From an uncultured Planctomycetales bacterium (GTDB lineage Bacteria > Omnitrophota > Gorgyraeia > Gygaellales > Profunditerraquicolaceae), in assembly GCA_964542785.1 (NCBI GenBank), contig CAZIUK010000001.1, positions 570,862 through 634,861 of the forward strand: a stretch of DNA of 64,000 nucleotides, given 5' to 3'. This document shows positions 54,017 to 62,920 of this stretch, one piece after another (within the stretch, counting starts at the first letter, position 1; each line of letters begins with the position of its first letter). The position numbers and the translations under genes were made by a program. Under the pieces are notes generated by a model. The model ran no database searches. It was not told the origin of the DNA and was given only the letters and a program-made list of their open reading frames with translations.

Positions 54017-55807
54017 CTACGGGCAGATTTTAGTGGGGTAGCCTTCTTTAGAAAGTCTCCTCTCTAAGACCTTTGCCTCTTCAAGGCTAGTTAATCTACC
54101 TACCCTTACTTTGTAAGATTTGTTAGGCAAACCCCCTTCTTCTATATAGGCAGGATACCCATAACTATTTAACTTATACGAAAGGTTTCTTGCATTATCT
54201 TTATTAGCAAAAGAACCTACCTGAACAGAATATACCCCGCTTGCTTCAAGGTCAGGAATGTTATTTAAACGCTGGTCAATCTCTCCTTTATATTTAGTTG
54301 CAGGGTTATCAGCTAAAATACTCTTATATATATTTTTTGCATTAGAGGTATCTGCGCTTAAAAGATAAGTATCAGCCATGCCTATCCTTGACTCCTCTTT
54401 AAATCTTGTATCCTTAAAGTTTCCTACAACAACCTTAAAGCTCTCCCTTGCCTTTATAAATTCTCCTCTTTTTAAATAGCTTAAACCTAAAAAATAGTAA
54501 AGCTCTGAAGAGTAATGACCTTTAGCAATTATCGCTTCCGCTTCTCTTATTACTTCTGCATAATTGCCGCTTAAAAAGTTTATCTTAACCTTGTCTATAT
54601 TTAAAGCCAAAGAAATATTAGAAAAAAATGCAACGAAGACTAAGGCTAAAATCATCTTCTTACATAAGTTAAGCATCAACGCATGCCTCTTCTCCTTCTC
54701 TTTCTTTTCTACGGTATCAGCCATATTAAACGCCGCTGTCTTAGGCCTCGGAGAATACTTAAAAATATAGGCAGAGTCAAATGAAATCTTTTTGAATATA
54801 TCCATAGTATCCTTAAAATCTTCTTTGCTCTCTGTAGGAAAGCCTACGATAATATCTGTAGAAAGCTTCCCTCCTCTTACTATTTTACGATAATTTGAAA
54901 CCAAGCGCAAATAATCTTTAACCGTATAGCCCCGATTCATCAACTTTAATATCCTCTCTGAGCCTGATTGAAGAGGAAGATGTAATGATTTTCCAAGCCT
55001 CCTAAGGTTAGAAATTGCCTTAAAAAGCTTAACAGATGCGTCCTTTGGATGAGAGGTCATAAAGTTAATATTTTTTACTCCTTTTAAGCTGTCTACTAAC
55101 TCAAGGAGCTTTATAAAATCTATCTTTCCATCTTTATAAGAGTTAACATTCTGGCCTAAAAGAGTAAACGAGGTAATCCCGTTCTCTAAGGCTTTCTTTA
55201 CCTCTCTTAGTATATCCTTGTATTTACGGTTGCGTATCGGTCCCCGGACAAAAGGAACAATACAATAAGAACAAAAATTAGAACACCCCTCGGAGATAAC
55301 AACATAAGCGTGCTTCTTATCTTCATAAAACCCGGTCCGATATATCTTATCCGAACGATCTGATCCGTCTGTCTCCCATACCTTTCTCTCAAAAAGATGA
55401 CTATTTTGGCAAGAAGCCCTTTCTGATAACAACCTCTTAATAACCTTTGGTATCTTGCCTATATCCTGCGGACCAACTGCAAAATCAATCTCTTCTGCCC
55501 TCTTAAAAATAGCCTCTTCATAATTCTTCGCCATGCAACCAACTATACCGATTACAGGAAAGCCATTTAAAACTTTCTCCTTAGAGCTATTTTTAAAAGG
55601 CATCCCCTTAACTTTAGCATACTCCCCTATTAAAGAAAAGACTCTGTCTTCTGCATGCTTGCGCACTGAACAGGTATTAAGGATAATTATATCCGCATTA
55701 CGGAAATCTTTTGTTAACCCATAACCCTCTTTAAAAAGAAGCCCACAGATAACCTCACTATCCCGCACATTCATCTGGCATCCGAAGGTGCGCAAAAATA
55801 CCTTCAT
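54017..55807 (-). CDS. miaB: MiaB-like radical-SAM methylthiotransferase (residues about 1-377, no TRAM domain) fused in frame to a signal-peptide/TPR-like/SPOR-domain module (residues about 378-596).
   Basis: The N-terminus reads MKVFLRTFGCQMNVRDSE with MTTase cysteines C10, C46 and C91. The radical-SAM motif is CSNFCSYC. After ...VEKKEKEKRHAL the sequence continues MLNLCKKMILALVFVAFFSNISLA (signal-peptide-like). A SPOR-like YSVQVGSFANKDNARNL...YKVRVGRLTSLEEAKVLERRL follows. Confidence 0.7.
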   Translation of the reverse strand: MKVFLRTFGCQMNVRDSEVICGLLFKEGYGLTKDFRNADIIILNTCSVRKHAEDRVFSLIGEYAKVKGMPFKNSSKEKVLNGFPVIGIVGCMAKNYEEAIFKRAEEIDFAVGPQDIGKIPKVIKRLLSERASCQNSHLFERKVWETDGSDRSDKIYRTGFYEDKKHAYVVISEGCSNFCSYCIVPFVRGPIRNRKYKDILREVKKALENGITSFTLLGQNVNSYKDGKIDFIKLLELVDSLKGVKNINFMTSHPKDASVKLFKAISNLRRLGKSLHLPLQSGSERILKLMNRGYTVKDYLRLVSNYRKIVRGGKLSTDIIVGFPTESKEDFKDTMDIFKKISFDSAYIFKYSPRPKTAAFNMADTVEKKEKEKRHALMLNLCKKMILALVFVAFFSNISLALNIDKVKINFLSGNYAEVIREAEAIIAKGHYSSELYYFLGLSYLKRGEFIKARESFKVVVGNFKDTRFKEESRIGMADTYLLSADTSNAKNIYKSILADNPATKYKGEIDQRLNNIPDLEASGVYSVQVGSFANKDNARNLSYKLNSYGYPAYIEEGGLPNKSYKVRVGRLTSLEEAKVLERRLSKEGYPTKICP

Positions 55808-55895
55808 ACAAAATCTCCTCTTCCCTTATTTTCAACGTAAAGGGCTAACACAAATCTGTGGGACAACCAAAGGTTCGTAGTAATATCTCTGACTC

Positions 55896-57245
55896 TTACA
55901 TTTTCCCGCATACATCCAAAGCAGCTAAAACTATCGGGAACATTGTCGGAGCGCTGGTTAAATAAGGGTGTGTGGCTACCTGCAAGGTCTCCAGCTCCGT
56001 AGCTGACATGCGTTTTTGAATTGCTACCCCTATAATATTTATCATCTGCGCGCACGACATACCGCAGCTTACCTGCCCTCCTAAAATAATTCCGGACTGC
56101 TTAGAGAAGATAAGTTTTATCCTCCCCTTATAAGCGCCAGGTAAAGAAGCCGGGTGTTTATCTATCCCCTCAATGCTTCCGACAACGACTTCAAAACCTT
56201 CTTCGCGCGCGGTTTTTTCGGTAAGCCCGGCTGAGCCTAAAACCAACCCATCGATATACGTTGAATATACCGCGATAGTTCCTTTGTTTTCACGAATCAC
56301 CTTAATCTGATAAAGGTTAGCCCCGGCAATTCTCGCCTCAGCAGTCGCAGTAGAAGCCAACATCACCGGGATCGCCTTACGGGTATAAAAATCTCTCTTA
56401 CAGGAACAGTCTCCAATTGCAAATATATCCAAATCAGCTGAAGTGCGCATATACTCATCGACCATAATTCCCTTACAGGAACCAATCTCTAATCCGGCGT
56501 CTACGGCTATCTTCACATTCGGCTTAGAACCTACCCCTAGAATTATCCCGTCAACCGGAATCTCTTTCCCGTCGCTAAACCTTACTCTTTGAACTTTATC
56601 CTCTCCGATTATCTCTTCTACCTTAGTATTGGTTAAAACTGTAACTCCCTTCTCCTTCAAACGCGCTTCAGCCATATGGGAAAATTCAGGGTCAAAAGAA
56701 TTTATGAGTATCTGCGGAAGCATCTCTACTAATGTAACAGTAATACCTTTGATTTTAGATAGCTCATCCGCAAACTCTACTCCAATAAACCCCCCGCCTA
56801 TAACAAGCACGTTTTTACACTTTTTAATCTCGGTTATCGCGCCTTTTAAATACCCCATCTCTTTATTTATAGGATAAACCCCTTTTTTATCCACACCCTT
56901 AATAGGCAATATAATCGGCGTCGAACCTATTGCTAAGACTAACTTTTCATAAAGATAGGTATCTTTTTTTGCCGTTTCTACGCTTTTTTCTTTACGGTTG
57001 ATACGCTCGGCAGAATCAACAACAACTTCAATATTATTCTTCTCCAAAGACGCCATGCTTAACTTATTGTCATCAGGATTACTAAGACTGGCAAACATAT
57101 AAGGGATTCCACAAGGAATAACCCCATTTGCCACATCCTTCATTACCATGATGCTTTTTTCAGGATAGTATTTTCTGGCGGTTAGCGCGCAGACTACTCC
57201 AGCAGGGCCGGCGCCAATGACTAATATATCAATTTTTTTATTCAT
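55896..57245 (-). CDS. Pyridine-nucleotide-disulfide oxidoreductase of the NADH oxidase / CoA-disulfide reductase family (single redox-active Cys).
   Basis: The protein from the M10 start begins MNKKIDILVIGAGPAG. It has an FAD-binding GxGxxG, a redox Cys in GVIPCGIPYMF, and a second Rossmann motif VIGGGFIGVEFA. Confidence 0.8.
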   Translation of the reverse strand: MNKKIDILVIGAGPAGVVCALTARKYYPEKSIMVMKDVANGVIPCGIPYMFASLSNPDDNKLSMASLEKNNIEVVVDSAERINRKEKSVETAKKDTYLYEKLVLAIGSTPIILPIKGVDKKGVYPINKEMGYLKGAITEIKKCKNVLVIGGGFIGVEFADELSKIKGITVTLVEMLPQILINSFDPEFSHMAEARLKEKGVTVLTNTKVEEIIGEDKVQRVRFSDGKEIPVDGIILGVGSKPNVKIAVDAGLEIGSCKGIMVDEYMRTSADLDIFAIGDCSCKRDFYTRKAIPVMLASTATAEARIAGANLYQIKVIRENKGTIAVYSTYIDGLVLGSAGLTEKTAREEGFEVVVGSIEGIDKHPASLPGAYKGRIKLIFSKQSGIILGGQVSCGMSCAQMINIIGVAIQKRMSATELETLQVATHPYLTSAPTMFPIVLAALDVCGKM

Positions 57246-57309
57246 CTTCTCTCCTCTTTTAAACTTGCACAATTACGTACATGCTTAAACCTATTACAGC
57301 AATACACAA

Positions 57310-57630
57310 CTAAAAAGTAACTACCTTTTCACTCTCTTTGATAATATCATACATATCCTTCATCGTATTAATCGGACACATCTGAGAGCCTTCCTTGTTG
57401 CGAAGCTTAATGCATGAACCACAAGCATAGATCTTGCCGCCTGCCTGCATAAACTCATCTGCTTGCGTAATAGTATTAAATTTTTCTGTGCTTATATTCT
57501 GGTACTCAACTCCCTTGCCCATAAAAAACACCTTTACCTCATCTTTTTGTATTAGGCAAAAATTAGCATAACGCAAAGCATTCCAACAGGTTTCAGCGTC
57601 ATTACTTGAGATAACCACACCTATCTTCAT
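57310..57630 (-). CDS. DsrE/DsrF-like family protein (putative sulfur-transfer/persulfide carrier).
   Basis: The product starts MKIGVVISSNDAETCWNALRYANF...EVKVFFMGKGV, a DsrE-like pattern. It has conserved Cys (ACGSC) and is 106 aa. Confidence 0.55.
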   Translation of the reverse strand: MKIGVVISSNDAETCWNALRYANFCLIQKDEVKVFFMGKGVEYQNISTEKFNTITQADEFMQAGGKIYACGSCIKLRNKEGSQMCPINTMKDMYDIIKESEKVVTF

Positions 57631-57643
57631 TTTACCTTCCTTT

Positions 57644-58879
57644 CTAATAATCTTTTCTTAAGCTCGCTCTTTTTAAAGCCCTTCTTATCTCTCTTTTCAT
57701 GAATAAAAATATGCAGAAGGCTGCTATTTCAAAAATAACAACTGCTAAAAAAACTAAAGATAACGAACGGTCATACAGAAACCCTAACAATGCGCTACTT
57801 ACAAACATAGCTATACCATAAGTAGTATTAAATATCCCATACCCTCTCCCGCGCTTATTTATGGAAGTAATATCTGCTATCACTGAACGCATAATCGTCT
57901 CCTGAACTCCCATAGCTATCCCCCAAAGCGCTAAACCAGTAATAATAAAAAGAGTTCTCTCAGAGAAGGCCAAGAATGGTATCAAAGCACAAACAAAAGG
58001 AACAGTAATTAACATATTTAACCCGGCGTAGCTACTCTTGTTTCTATTATTTAGAAGGTCGTAAGACTTTCCTATTATAAGCGCTACTACCGCATCAATC
58101 CCCATGGCTAAGGCATAAAAAAGCGGGATTAAAGCATCTCTTACTATCCCGGTTAACTTAAAATGATAGGCGATTAAAATAAAACTGCAAAAACCTGTCG
58201 TAGCCAAAAAAATAAAAACATTATACAACCAAAATATTTTTGGGAATGCCTCGGATACTTTATGTTTTGGCTGAACTTCTAAGGTATGCGGCTTAGGAAC
58301 CTTACGAAAAGAGATAAAAAGAAGTAGCGCCCCTAATAAAAAGGGGATCCATAAGAAAAGATACCCTTTTTGATACTCTAAAACTCCTGCGGTTTTTCCT
58401 ACGGAAAGAAAATATAATGTAAAGATAAGCGGCCCGGCAATAGAACCTATCTGGTCAATCGCCTCATGCAACCCAAAACCAAACCCTGTCCCTACTTGAG
58501 AACTCGCTTGAGATAGTATTGTATCTCGCGCAGGGCTTCTTATCGCCTTACCAATCCTCTCTAAGATGATAAAAAGAGCAGCAACCTGCCAAATCCCTGC
58601 TATAGAGAGAAGTGGCACGGTAATTACCAGGCTATAACCTACAAAAGTAAGCAACCAGTAAGACTTTGTTTTATCTGCAAAATACCCGGTAAATAAACGT
58701 AAGGCATAGCCTAATAATTCTCCAAATCCTGCTATTAACCCTAAGGTAGCGGCATTAACCGTAAGAAGTTTTAGATACGGTCCGTTTACACTCCTTGCCC
58801 CTTCATAAGCTAAGTCACCAAAAAGACTGACTAAGCCAAATAAGATAATTATACTTAAAGCTTTTTTTCTTTTCACCAT
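57644..58879 (-). CDS. MFS transporter.
   Basis: The 411-aa product has about 12 predicted TM helices and a GxxxDRxGR-like loop (GKAIRSPARDT). Confidence 0.7.
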   Translation of the reverse strand: MVKRKKALSIIILFGLVSLFGDLAYEGARSVNGPYLKLLTVNAATLGLIAGFGELLGYALRLFTGYFADKTKSYWLLTFVGYSLVITVPLLSIAGIWQVAALFIILERIGKAIRSPARDTILSQASSQVGTGFGFGLHEAIDQIGSIAGPLIFTLYFLSVGKTAGVLEYQKGYLFLWIPFLLGALLLFISFRKVPKPHTLEVQPKHKVSEAFPKIFWLYNVFIFLATTGFCSFILIAYHFKLTGIVRDALIPLFYALAMGIDAVVALIIGKSYDLLNNRNKSSYAGLNMLITVPFVCALIPFLAFSERTLFIITGLALWGIAMGVQETIMRSVIADITSINKRGRGYGIFNTTYGIAMFVSSALLGFLYDRSLSLVFLAVVIFEIAAFCIFLFMKREIRRALKRASLRKDY

Positions 58880-58889
58880 AATAAAACTC

Positions 58890-60620
58890 TTATTTTAAAA
58901 TTACGAAGTTTAATAAGGTGCCTACAAAAAAGCTTACTACTAACATAATCAGGGTGGCCTTTATTAGGTATTTAACCCCAAGCTCTTTCCAAAGGACAAA
59001 AAAGGTAGCCACACAAGGGAAGGATACAGCTAATAGAGTAGCGGCTATAAATAATTGCTTTGCAGTAAGATTTAAAGGCGCGAGCATGCCTATGGCAACG
59101 TCTTTTCTTAAGAAACCCACGATAAGCGAGACTACTGCTCCTTGCGGCAAACCGAATAAACCTGTTATAATGGGGGAAAAAATGGCTGTAATCTTATCAA
59201 AGATATTAAAATACAAAAGTACATTAATACTTAAAACTCCTAAGAGGACGATGGGAACCGCCTCAAAAATAAAACCTTTTATACGATAGTAGAGTTTTCT
59301 AATCAACATAGAAAACGGAGGAACCCTATAAGGAGGTATCTCTATAATAAACTCAGGGCTGTAGCCTTTTAAAAGGCGGTTCATAATAAGCCCTAAGATA
59401 AGCGCCAAAGAAAATAAACATAAATAAACTCCGCTTACATAAAATCCGCCAAACTTCCCTAATAAACCAAATATCATGGCCTGCAAAGGGACACAAGGCA
59501 CGCCTATGGAGATCAAAGTTGAGGCGATAAACCTCTCGCGCTTAGATTCTAAAACTCTAGTTGCCAAAATCCCCGGGACATTACACCCAAATCCCAACAT
59601 CAAGGGAATAACCGCATAACCATGAAGCCCTAAACGGTGTAAGATATTATCTAATAGAATAGCTAATCTCGGCAGATAACCTACATCCTCTAAGAGGCTT
59701 AAGATAAGATAAAAAGATAAGACGTAAGGCAAAACCATCCCAAATTCAATATAAGGAGCTGTGGTTAGTATTCCTAAAGACTGCTTAAAATCTATTGTAC
59801 CGTTTATTAAATCCCCTATCAAAAGATGATACAAAAAACCATCAGACTTAAGCCCTGACACTACCCTTTCAAGAAGAGGTTGGTAAAAGTTAATGAAGAA
59901 TGGATCGGTTATTCTTTCTATAATTATTTCACCAATAAAACGAACCACCTTAAAAGAAAGATATATAATTCCTCCGCCCATCAATACTCCTGTAAAAGGC
60001 CTTACTGATGCGTCCTCTAATATCTCTCTTAAGGTATGATGCCTATACTCAAGGCGCTGAACACTTTCTATTATTGAACCAATCTGCTTCCAACGTTCTT
60101 CCTGGGAGGGCTTATTACGAGGCTTAGTCTTTCCTTCTTTAAGCCTATCTATCAAAAGTTTAATCCCCGAACCGGTAACCGCACAAGTAGGAATAACTGG
60201 AACAGATAAAAGCTCTTCTAACTTCTGAAAATCAATACTTATCCCTCTATGCCCGGCATCATCGCACATATTCAAACAGGCGATAACCGGAAACCCTTCT
60301 TCAATAAGCTGAAGGGTTAATAAAAGGTTACGTTCAATATTGGTTGCATCAATTATATTTATAACTACAATTTCATTCTTTTGATATTGAGCTAAAAGAG
60401 ATACAGCTACTTTTTCTGCCTCGGATCCGGGTTCTAAGGAATAAAGCCCGGGAAGATCTATTACCTCAATCCTCCTACCGTCTAACTCCAAAAAACCCTT
60501 AGTATAACCTACGGTTGAGCCGGGATAATTGGAAGAAACTACATGTACTCCGGTAAGACGCGAAAAGACCACACTCTTGCCGACATTAGGATTCCCCACT
60601 AAGTATACCTTTTTTATCAT
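58890..60620 (-). CDS. feoB: Ferrous iron transporter FeoB.
   Basis: The product has a G domain MIKKVYLVGNPNVGKS followed by polytopic membrane domains. The ATG at M7 has a GGAG RBS; the ORF-track start at 60638 is a TTG codon. Confidence 0.88.
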   Translation of the reverse strand: MIKKVYLVGNPNVGKSVVFSRLTGVHVVSSNYPGSTVGYTKGFLELDGRRIEVIDLPGLYSLEPGSEAEKVAVSLLAQYQKNEIVVINIIDATNIERNLLLTLQLIEEGFPVIACLNMCDDAGHRGISIDFQKLEELLSVPVIPTCAVTGSGIKLLIDRLKEGKTKPRNKPSQEERWKQIGSIIESVQRLEYRHHTLREILEDASVRPFTGVLMGGGIIYLSFKVVRFIGEIIIERITDPFFINFYQPLLERVVSGLKSDGFLYHLLIGDLINGTIDFKQSLGILTTAPYIEFGMVLPYVLSFYLILSLLEDVGYLPRLAILLDNILHRLGLHGYAVIPLMLGFGCNVPGILATRVLESKRERFIASTLISIGVPCVPLQAMIFGLLGKFGGFYVSGVYLCLFSLALILGLIMNRLLKGYSPEFIIEIPPYRVPPFSMLIRKLYYRIKGFIFEAVPIVLLGVLSINVLLYFNIFDKITAIFSPIITGLFGLPQGAVVSLIVGFLRKDVAIGMLAPLNLTAKQLFIAATLLAVSFPCVATFFVLWKELGVKYLIKATLIMLVVSFFVGTLLNFVILK

Positions 60621-60621
60621 C

Positions 60622-60852
60622 CTAAATCTCCAGAACAATCTTCTCTGCTATACCATGGCCTAAGGCTAATATAGTCCTACCCACCTTTACAACAACAGGG
60701 CCACGCAGACCAATATGGCTTAATTTTAAAAGTTCCTCTCCCTTATATATACCCATATTCATCAACTTACTTACAACCCCCTTGCCTCCAGATATACCCG
60801 TAACCTTAGCCCTATGATTAGGTTTAAGCTGGGTCAATGTAATATTCTTCAT
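60622..60852 (-). CDS. feoA: FeoA (ferrous iron transport protein A).
   Basis: The product starts MKNITLTQLKPNHRAKVTGI...GEELLKL, an SH3-like FeoA fold. I chose the start at 60852 because AAGGAGA lies 5 nt upstream. Confidence 0.8.
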   Translation of the reverse strand: MKNITLTQLKPNHRAKVTGISGGKGVVSKLMNMGIYKGEELLKLSHIGLRGPVVVKVGRTILALGHGIAEKIVLEI

Positions 60853-60860
60853 CGTCTCCT

Positions 60861-60890
60861 TAAAGAAAACGCCCAAGCTCTACTTGGGCG
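60861..60890 (-). terminator. Rho-independent terminator-like hairpin (GC-rich 8-bp stem, 5-nt loop, then a TTTTCTTT run on the coding strand).
   Basis: The reverse strand reads CGCCCAAG-TAGAG-CTTGGGCG-TTTTCTTT. It lies downstream of the 60922..61605 gene and runs straight into the feoA RBS. Confidence 0.6.
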
Positions 60891-60921
60891 CTCTCTTATT
60901 CCCCATATAAACACTTATTTA

Positions 60922-61605
60922 TTATTTTTTCTTTAACTTTTCTAAGAAATCAGCGACTAACTTGCCCACGGTATCCTTACACCCTAAACCAAAAGCTATA
61001 GCAAAACCAAGACCTAAACTTCCTAAAGCAATACTTAAAATAAGGTGAATAATACCAACACCTATATTTAGCTGCTCTAAGGCGATAAAAATCGCAAATG
61101 CCATAACAATAACTTCTGAGACTTTACCTAATAATTTTCCATAAGGCAATCCTGAATTACTAGCTGTAGTAACTACGATATTCTTTAAAATAGTAGCTGC
61201 AAACATACCTAATATCAAAATAAATACCGCTGAAACTACATTAGGCATATAAAGAATTATCCTATTTAATAAATCTGCGGCTACAGTTAAGCCTACTGCG
61301 TTTATTGCAACAACAAAAGTAACTAAAATAGATATCCAATAGCAAATAATCCCTACCAACTCAGAGAGGGAATACCCTATCCCACCTTTTTCTAGCACGG
61401 TCTCCAATTCAATACGGTCGGATAATTCGTCTAACTTTATAAACCTTAATCCCTTAGTTACCGCAAGCTTAATCAAATTAGAGATAATCCAGCCAATAAT
61501 GAGTATAACGATAACCAATAAGATGTTTACTAAGAACTGGCCAATTTGAGCAAGAACTGTCCTCGCTGGTTCCAATAAAACTACTTGCCAAGTACTCATC
61601 TCCAC
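60922..61605 (-). CDS. Polytopic membrane protein (conserved TM-helix repeat; MscS-N-terminal-like). Function unknown.
   Basis: The 227-aa product has multiple hydrophobic helices. A strong RBS AAGGAGGTGGAG lies upstream. Confidence 0.5.
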   Translation of the reverse strand: MEMSTWQVVLLEPARTVLAQIGQFLVNILLVIVILIIGWIISNLIKLAVTKGLRFIKLDELSDRIELETVLEKGGIGYSLSELVGIICYWISILVTFVVAINAVGLTVAADLLNRIILYMPNVVSAVFILILGMFAATILKNIVVTTASNSGLPYGKLLGKVSEVIVMAFAIFIALEQLNIGVGIIHLILSIALGSLGLGFAIAFGLGCKDTVGKLVADFLEKLKKK

Positions 61606-61673
61606 CTCCTTAGGTTAATTTAACTTAAAAAACAAATTATCATAGATACTACTACAAGTCAAGTAAAATCATA

Positions 61674-62450
61674 TCAAGGACTAATAACCAAGCCGTCGTA
61701 CGCAGCCTCTACTCTAACACCTATCTGCTTAGATATTCTTTTTGCCTGCAGGGACGGATTGGCCTTAAGCATACTCATTCCAAAATGAGTTAGCAACGCT
61801 CTCTTAGGTTTTATTACAGAGATAATCCTTTTCGCCTCTTCTAATGACAAGTGGTCTATCCCCGGATGTTTCTTAAGAAAAACAACTGAGATAATCAAGG
61901 TGTCTACTTTATAAAAATCTTCTAAATCTTTAAAATACCTTGTATCCACAAGCAACCCAAAAGTATTGCCATTGATTCTAAACTTAATCCCATAAGCCTC
62001 TGCAGTATGTAAATGCCGCATTGAAACCTGAAAAGAAAAATTCCCGATCCTGTATTTAGCATTAGGCTTTAATACCTCTATTCTTTTTAAGAATTTACGC
62101 GCATATCTTAAAATTATAGAATCTCCCTCTAAGGCATCCTTAGGGCAAAAAACTATACCCCTTTTTTTAAAACCACCTTCAGTCATCGCCTCTATCATTA
62201 CGTTTATATCATTTGCATGGTCTAAGTGCTTATGCGTAAGTATTACTGCATCCAACTCCGATGGATTTAATCTTGGCTTAGCAATAGAACAACGCACAAT
62301 ACTCCCTGGACCCGGGTCAATCAAAACATTAGTCCCCCCGGAAGAGACCCAAATCCCTCCGGAAGCGCGTAACTGCTTAATCATTACAAAACGCGCGCCA
62401 GCAGTCCCTAAAAACTTAATAAAGTTTTTTTCTATCTTTCTTTTAGCCAT
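61674..62450 (-). CDS. Metallo-beta-lactamase-fold hydrolase.
   Basis: The product has the THKHLDH (HxHxDH) motif and an N-terminal LGTAGA. It is 258 aa. Confidence 0.7.
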   Translation of the reverse strand: MAKRKIEKNFIKFLGTAGARFVMIKQLRASGGIWVSSGGTNVLIDPGPGSIVRCSIAKPRLNPSELDAVILTHKHLDHANDINVMIEAMTEGGFKKRGIVFCPKDALEGDSIILRYARKFLKRIEVLKPNAKYRIGNFSFQVSMRHLHTAEAYGIKFRINGNTFGLLVDTRYFKDLEDFYKVDTLIISVVFLKKHPGIDHLSLEEAKRIISVIKPKRALLTHFGMSMLKANPSLQAKRISKQIGVRVEAAYDGLVISP

Positions 62451-62920
62451 ATCTCTTTAAGCTCTTTGTTTATCCTCTGCATCTGAGTATAATTAACCTT
62501 CACTTCATCTGGATTATAACCTTTACCCTTCAAAAACGCCTTGCCTTTGATAAATTCCTCAACGCTAATAGCTTTTGCGTGCATAATCCGGGCAAAGTAA
62601 GAGACCTCTTTATCATCAGAGACTACAATTGTATTTCTTGGATTATCCGTCAACTCTAAAATCCTTTTTATCTTTTCATCTGCGCTCTGGCGGATGGAAA
62701 AGACTATCCTTAAACGTATCTTTTCTAAATTTTTTAATCCCTCTTGCGGATAACCATCAAAGACAACCCATATTAGATTATTGCTACTGCCGCATAAGCT
62801 TCTTGACTTAATCAATTCTATTAAGTAAGCCCTAGAATCAGAGTATTTTTTAGGCAGGATTTCTATAAACTTAAAGTTATGCGTTACATTGCACCCGTCT
62901 ATAATGTACTGTAAGGACAT
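62432..62920 (-). CDS. NYN/YacP-like (PIN-related) putative RNA-binding/nuclease protein.
   Basis: The product starts MSLQYIIDGCNV, which resembles YacP-like LxVDGYNV. It is 162 aa. Confidence 0.45.
   Translation of the reverse strand: MSLQYIIDGCNVTHNFKFIEILPKKYSDSRAYLIELIKSRSLCGSSNNLIWVVFDGYPQEGLKNLEKIRLRIVFSIRQSADEKIKRILELTDNPRNTIVVSDDKEVSYFARIMHAKAISVEEFIKGKAFLKGKGYNPDEVKVNYTQMQRINKELKEIWLKER

Noticed and set aside
55804-56055. An 83-aa minus-strand ORF at the 3' end of the CoADR-family flavoprotein gene, with similar small minus-strand ORFs at 41025..41228, 55207..55392 and 47896..48108.
   Set aside because: They overlap confident genes in other frames and have no RBS or motifs, so they are likely spurious.
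60877-60921. A Fur box upstream of feoA.
   Set aside because: No 19-bp GATAATGATAATCATTATC-like palindrome is present. Only a terminator-like hairpin is present.
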